From: Clostridia bacterium
GTDB taxonomy: Bacteria; Bacillota; Clostridia; Christensenellales; Aristaeellaceae
Direction of reading: 5' to 3'
DNA length: 40,000 bases
Assembly: GCA_045599485.1 (NCBI GenBank)
Contig: JAZRWA010000097.1
Location: forward strand, 19,240-59,239
The position numbers and the translations under genes are program-made. Numbering within the stretch: the first letter of the stretch is position 1; each line of letters begins with the position of its first letter. Under the pieces are notes generated by a model. The model worked only from the letters and a program-made list of their open reading frames with translations, had not been told where the DNA came from and did not search any database. Below, in pieces: positions 35,957-40,000 of this stretch.

Positions 35957-37531
35957 TCATGCTCCCTTCGGAGTGCCATTGAGGGCCCGGACGGTATTTT
36001 CAAGCTGATCGTTTATATCCTGAAGCATTCGCTGCAGACGGGAAAGGGCGGCAACACAGCCGTCTGCGGCGCCGTTGACGGAAGCAGTATCCGGACCGGT
36101 GTGCTTCAGACTGTTTACACGCGAATCAAGCAGGGAAAAGGCATTGTTCATGCTCGTTTCGAACTGTGAGAGGGAGCGGGTCATGGACACGCTGATGGTA
36201 TCGGCAAAAGAAGAACAGCTTTCCGACAGCAGTCTGCCGGATTCGCGCATTGCAAGGGCGGTTTTGTCGGTGGAGGCAGCAATGGTACCTGACTGGTTTT
36301 CAACCGCCTGCAGCACGCGCGCACTCCAATTGGCGTAGTCACGCATCTGATTTTCCAAAGCCTGCTGTTCGCCGCGCAGGGTGTGCAGAAAATCCTGCTG
36401 CTCCTGCAGCGCGCCATGCATGCTGCTAAGCACATTCTGCATGCCGCGGGTGAAATCTTCACCGTTGGTTTCACGCTGTGCGGCTTCAGCGGCGTACACT
36501 TCAAGACGCTGTGAAACACGCCCCATCATATCGCCCATGCGCTGCAGCGTATCGATGACGCCGGTTGCGGCACCCATCGTGGCATTCATGGCATCGCGAT
36601 CCACCTGACAATTGCGGTTGATGGCAGAAAGCGTTTGACCAAGCTGCCCGAACTGGCCACTGAGGGAAACGTTCATCGATTCGACAAACCGATGGACGAT
36701 GGTGTTGAGACCTTCCAGCTGATGCTGTGTTTCGCCGGAAATAAACTGATTGATGGACTGCGTGACAGGCAGCATATTGGTGTTGATGGCGTTGGCGACG
36801 CCTTCGTTGATGTGCTGTCCGATTTCGGTGACCGCATGGCGCAGGAATGCAGCACGATCTTCCTGCTGGCAGATCGCCTGTACGTTATCACTCAGGGGCT
36901 GCTGCATGACAAACTCAGTAAAGGCTTCGTGAAAATCATCGATGGCGTTCTGCGCAGAACCGATGGCGGCGTGGTTGAGGATGTTGAAAAGAATGGAGGT
37001 GATACAGCCGGCAATGGAAGTGCCAAAGGCAAAATTCATGCCGGAGATCATATCGGAAATGCCGTCGATGGTGTTGGCGGCGTTGCTTAAATCCAACGCG
37101 CCAAGCCCTCGGACCAGACCCATGAATGTGCCCAGAATGCCAAGGCTGGTCAGTATACCGGGAATGACTTCACCCAGCTGGGTGTGGCAATGGGCGTAAA
37201 TGACGGTATCATCATTGATATAATCCGCAACGTTGCAATTGATGCCGCGGCTGTCCAGCTGCTGTGCATTGACAAGAAAACGGCGCCAGCTGGTCTGAAG
37301 CGTATTGCCGAGAAATTTCGGCTCCTGCCAGACGGGTTGAGAAACAGATTTGATCGTCATGGATTCAAGCTGATGTACGGCTTTGTGAAGCAGCCTGCTG
37401 CAGCGCCTGGAGGCCATGATGCACTTGCCAAAGCCGATGACAAAAACAATTGCGATGGCGGCGTATACCAGCCAGTCGGTCAGCTGCCCGGAAAGAGAAG
37501 ATAGAATAGCGTCCATAGACGGTCCTCCCAT
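35957..37531 (-). CDS. MotA/TolQ/ExbB proton-channel family protein with a ~300-aa helical C-terminal tail
   Basis: AGGGAG RBS and ATG at 37531. TM core with family motifs (PGILTSLGILGTFMGL, AFGTSIAGCITSILFN). The residues after about aa 200 are a long Q/L/A/N-rich helical region. Its stop is 1 nt from the motB-like ATG. Confidence 0.75.
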   Translation of the reverse strand: MGGPSMDAILSSLSGQLTDWLVYAAIAIVFVIGFGKCIMASRRCSRLLHKAVHQLESMTIKSVSQPVWQEPKFLGNTLQTSWRRFLVNAQQLDSRGINCNVADYINDDTVIYAHCHTQLGEVIPGILTSLGILGTFMGLVRGLGALDLSNAANTIDGISDMISGMNFAFGTSIAGCITSILFNILNHAAIGSAQNAIDDFHEAFTEFVMQQPLSDNVQAICQQEDRAAFLRHAVTEIGQHINEGVANAINTNMLPVTQSINQFISGETQHQLEGLNTIVHRFVESMNVSLSGQFGQLGQTLSAINRNCQVDRDAMNATMGAATGVIDTLQRMGDMMGRVSQRLEVYAAEAAQRETNGEDFTRGMQNVLSSMHGALQEQQDFLHTLRGEQQALENQMRDYANWSARVLQAVENQSGTIAASTDKTALAMRESGRLLSESCSSFADTISVSMTRSLSQFETSMNNAFSLLDSRVNSLKHTGPDTASVNGAADGCVAALSRLQRMLQDINDQLENTVRALNGTPKGA

Positions 37532-37652
37532 GATGATTCTCCCTATATTTTAACTGTTTCTGCATGAAAAGGCAACAGATTTGTTTCGGAACTGTTGAAA
37601 GAAGGTAACATTTAACACCTGGATGAATAACTCTGCAGGGTGTGCTGCATGG

Positions 37653-37681
37653 TTGACAAAGAGTGTACTTTCTTATAAAAT
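37653..37681 (+). promoter_or_regulatory. Sigma-A promoter of the DUF2232 gene
   Basis: TTGACA (37653-37658), 17-nt spacer, TAAAAT (37676-37681). Confidence 0.5.
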
Positions 37682-37728
37682 ATATATGTATAATTGTGTA
37701 TTTTTCCGAAATCCGGAAGGAGCTTTGC

Positions 37729-38841
37729 ATGGGTCGGAGTTTGAAAAATTGTGTATCTCTCCGTGCTGCCCTGATCGGCTGCGGCCTTTGTGCGCTGCTG
37801 ATGGCATTTATGGGATATGGTTTGTTCCCGGCGGTTTTCACAACGGCTGCGGTGCTGATGATCGTTCCGGTGCTGATGCTGCTTGTCACCATGATCGCCG
37901 GGCTGTATCCTGCCTGGATCTGCGCAGGCATTTCACTCACTGCGTTGTTTGTGACAGGCGGTCTTGCACTGATGCTGGCCGGGGCGGCGTTTTTACTGCC
38001 GTTTACCGCTGTGCTTACAATCTGCATCAGACAGGAAAGGGAATTCTGGAAAACGCTGATGAGCGTGGCGGGCACCATGATGATCACTATGCTGCTGATC
38101 TATCTGGTGCTGCAATTTGCTACGGGCGGAAAACTGTATGTGACCGCAGCGGGCTATGCGGCTCAAAGCGTATTTGATTCCGGCTATCGGGATGCGTTTC
38201 TGGTTTCACTTTACAACATGGGCTTTTTCTCCATGGACGAAACAGCATTGAAAAACGCCATCGAGCTGGTGGGAGATACTTATCGGCTGAACAGTGCAGT
38301 AGCCACCGAGATGGTCAATCAGCTGTACAGCTATATTCTGGTTTATCTGGAAAGCATCGTGCCGTCGCTTTTGATCTCTGGCAACATGACAAACGCGGTG
38401 CTGGGATTGGGCTTTGGCATTTTCTTTGGACAGCGGGCACATTACAGGCGAAGCTATAAGTATCCCGAGAAGGTTGAAGAAGTGACCGATCTGAAGATGC
38501 CACCGCTGTCTCAGTGGTACATTCCCGGCAACTTCGGAAAATACGGTGCAGTGCTGGCGGCGGGATATTTCATGATGAACATGGTGCAGAGCGGTCCTCT
38601 GTACCTGACCGGAGCGCTGATGTGGCAGGTGTTTCTGGTTTTCTTCGGGCTGCAGGGACTTGCCTCTTTCAACTGGTCACAAAGACAGCGCGGTACGGCA
38701 AAAGGTTGGCGCGTTGCAGCGGTGATCGCCGCCATGATTGTGCCTTTTGCACAGACGATTTTTGCAATCAACGGCCTGTTTGACCAGTGGAAGGACCCAC
38801 GGGGACTCAGGCCTAACAACGAAAGCAAGAAGGAACAATGA
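37729..38841 (+). CDS. Polytopic membrane protein, DUF2232 (YybS-like)
   Basis: GGAAGGAG RBS and ATG at 37729. 370 aa with many TM segments. Its position upstream of rplI mirrors the yybS..rplI arrangement of Bacillus. Confidence 0.6.
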   Translation: MGRSLKNCVSLRAALIGCGLCALLMAFMGYGLFPAVFTTAAVLMIVPVLMLLVTMIAGLYPAWICAGISLTALFVTGGLALMLAGAAFLLPFTAVLTICIRQEREFWKTLMSVAGTMMITMLLIYLVLQFATGGKLYVTAAGYAAQSVFDSGYRDAFLVSLYNMGFFSMDETALKNAIELVGDTYRLNSAVATEMVNQLYSYILVYLESIVPSLLISGNMTNAVLGLGFGIFFGQRAHYRRSYKYPEKVEEVTDLKMPPLSQWYIPGNFGKYGAVLAAGYFMMNMVQSGPLYLTGALMWQVFLVFFGLQGLASFNWSQRQRGTAKGWRVAAVIAAMIVPFAQTIFAINGLFDQWKDPRGLRPNNESKKEQ

Positions 38842-39782
38842 AACAGAGCATTATAATGGCTTTGACGCTGCTGCTGGTTCTTTTTCTGATCGGAGGAGCA
38901 GCGGCGGAGGAGGCACAGAAGCTGCCGGACATGGATGTAATCCTGCCGGAATTGGGTGAGGAAGCTTATATTGAAACCTACCGGTACCTGCAGGAGGGGA
39001 ACTCCATTCGAAAAGGGGATAAGAGCGACTACGGCAAAGCCTTACAAACGCTCCTGTCACAGGCCGGTTACAGCATTACCATCGACGGCAGTATCGGCGC
39101 GAAGAGCATCGGCGTGCTCAATACTGTGCAGGAAGCGCTCGGACTCAAGACGACCAACGCGGTGAATGCCGAATGTTTCCGTTCGCTGGCAACGTTTCTG
39201 TGGTGCATCCGTTTTCCCGATAAGGCGGAAATCACTGCCGCCGAACTGAACTCGGATGAGATGTGGCACTACGCCGGGTGCGCGCGCATGAAAGAAGGGC
39301 GTTACTGGCTTGCCAAACAGTGCTTTGAAAAAAGCGGAAGCAAAGTCAGCGCAAAAGCGGTCAAAAAGTGCGCGCAGTCTTCGCCGGTCAGTAAGGAGCT
39401 GTTTCACAGGAGCAGTACGGAGACAAACCGCTGCAGCGTTTTTCTGAGGGAACAAAAAGACAGCGGTATAGCGATGATGAAGATCATGGATGAGGCGGGG
39501 AATACGGTAAGCCTGCTGATTCTGACCCGTAAGGGAAAGGTGACCTGTGACCTGCCGGAAGGCGCCTATATGATGCAGATCGCTCACGGTACAGTGTGGT
39601 ATGGCTCCGTCGACGCATTTGGCGAGGACGGAATGTACGCACAGATGGTGTTTAACGGCAGCGTAAAGATTGAACTTGTGATGGGACATGAATACTCGCT
39701 GTATGTCAATCCCAAGGACATGGACGCGAACGCTGTTAACATGACGCTTGAACCGATCACATGGCAAGAATTTATACAGTAA
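38838..39782 (+). CDS. Secreted protein with a peptidoglycan-binding (PG_binding_1-like) domain
   Basis: Signal peptide ([18 protein letters not shown]). The [34 protein letters not shown] repeat is typical of the PGB domain. The ATG overlaps the upstream TGA (ATGA). Confidence 0.6.
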   Translation: MKQSIIMALTLLLVLFLIGGAAAEEAQKLPDMDVILPELGEEAYIETYRYLQEGNSIRKGDKSDYGKALQTLLSQAGYSITIDGSIGAKSIGVLNTVQEALGLKTTNAVNAECFRSLATFLWCIRFPDKAEITAAELNSDEMWHYAGCARMKEGRYWLAKQCFEKSGSKVSAKAVKKCAQSSPVSKELFHRSSTETNRCSVFLREQKDSGIAMMKIMDEAGNTVSLLILTRKGKVTCDLPEGAYMMQIAHGTVWYGSVDAFGEDGMYAQMVFNGSVKIELVMGHEYSLYVNPKDMDANAVNMTLEPITWQEFIQ

Positions 39783-39796
39783 AGGAGATATATACC

Positions 39797-40000
39797 ATGA
39801 AAGTCATTTTGCTGAACGATGTGAAGGACCTTGGAAAGAAAGACGATATCGTCAACGTTTCCGATGGCTATGCCCGCAATTTTCTGTTTCCCCGCAAGTG
39901 GGCCGTCGAAGCGACTGAGAATGCCATCAAGGAAAACAATTTCCGCAAGGAGATGGCCCGCAAGCGTGAAATGGAACGTCGGGCGGAAGCAGAAAAAGTA
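39797..40000 (+). CDS. rplI: 50S ribosomal protein L9 (5' part, runs off the window)
   Basis: [42 protein letters not shown] is the canonical L9 N-domain. Confidence 0.9.
   Translation, partial: MKVILLNDVKDLGKKDDIVNVSDGYARNFLFPRKWAVEATENAIKENNFRKEMARKREMERRAEAEKV

Noticed and set aside
977-36003. Interpreting the nine split genes as pseudogenes in a decaying genome
   Set aside because: All 11 disruptions are the same codon (TAG), and there are none by TAA, TGA or frameshift. The flanking halves stay in frame with intact motifs and full family length. The affected genes include core functions inside translationally coupled operons. TAG is never used as a real terminator in the 37 genes ending here. 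Random decay would not produce this pattern. Sequencing error remains formally possible and is listed as a refutation test.
977-36003. Pyrrolysine insertion at the in-frame TAGs
   Set aside because: No pylTSBCD genes or methylamine methyltransferase genes lie in the window. The TAGs sit in unrelated housekeeping proteins, at positions where homologues have Glu (or Gln) rather than at Pyl-type active sites. I saw no conserved downstream hairpin shared by the 11 sites.
34461-37531. Calling the MotA/MotB-like pair a complete Zorya defence system
   Set aside because: Only the ZorA/ZorB-like architecture is present. No ZorC/ZorD (type I), ZorE (type II) or ZorF/ZorG (type III) candidates are adjacent, because the downstream genes are a small membrane protein, gtrA and rlmI. 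It is reported as an orphan stator-like module instead.
1-40000. CRISPR arrays, insertion sequences, integrases, prophage or toxin-antitoxin modules
   Set aside because: I saw no direct-repeat/spacer periodicity, no transposase/integrase/recombinase-like ORFs, no terminal inverted repeats and no abrupt compositional break. The window reads as conserved core chromosome.

Overview
This is a gene-dense, mostly minus-strand chromosomal core region of a moderately GC-rich Firmicutes/Clostridia-type bacterium. The taxonomic call rests on synteny: pcrA-ligA, DUF512-der-plsY, tmcAL, and yybS-like..rplI. I see no mobile element, CRISPR array, prophage or obvious accessory island. The window holds about 38 CDS, covering DNA repair/replication, rRNA/tRNA modification, a molybdenum-cofactor and Tat export cluster, rho, truA and a MotA/MotB-like pair. 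It also holds a tRNA-Gln(CUG)/tRNA-Glu(CUC) mini-operon and a probable 6S RNA. The main finding is a genetic-code anomaly. Eleven in-frame TAG codons interrupt nine otherwise intact, conserved genes, including pcrA, truA, an MrfA/YprA-type helicase and a DUF512 radical-SAM protein. In every case the flanking ORF fragments share one reading frame and family homology continues across the TAG. All 37 CDS that terminate inside the window end in TAA (17) or TGA (20), and none ends in TAG. No gene is broken by TAA, TGA or a frameshift. This pattern fits reassignment of amber (TAG) to a sense codon rather than pseudogenisation. At five sites the TAG sits where I recall the protein family carrying a conserved Glu, so glutamate is the best guess and Gln is not excluded. 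No tRNA(CUA) lies in this window. Secondary observations are an orphan ZorAB-like stator pair with long coiled coils, a 6S-like sRNA with a consensus promoter, a PurF-like protein lacking the Cys1 nucleophile, and a Rho with a long disordered insertion.
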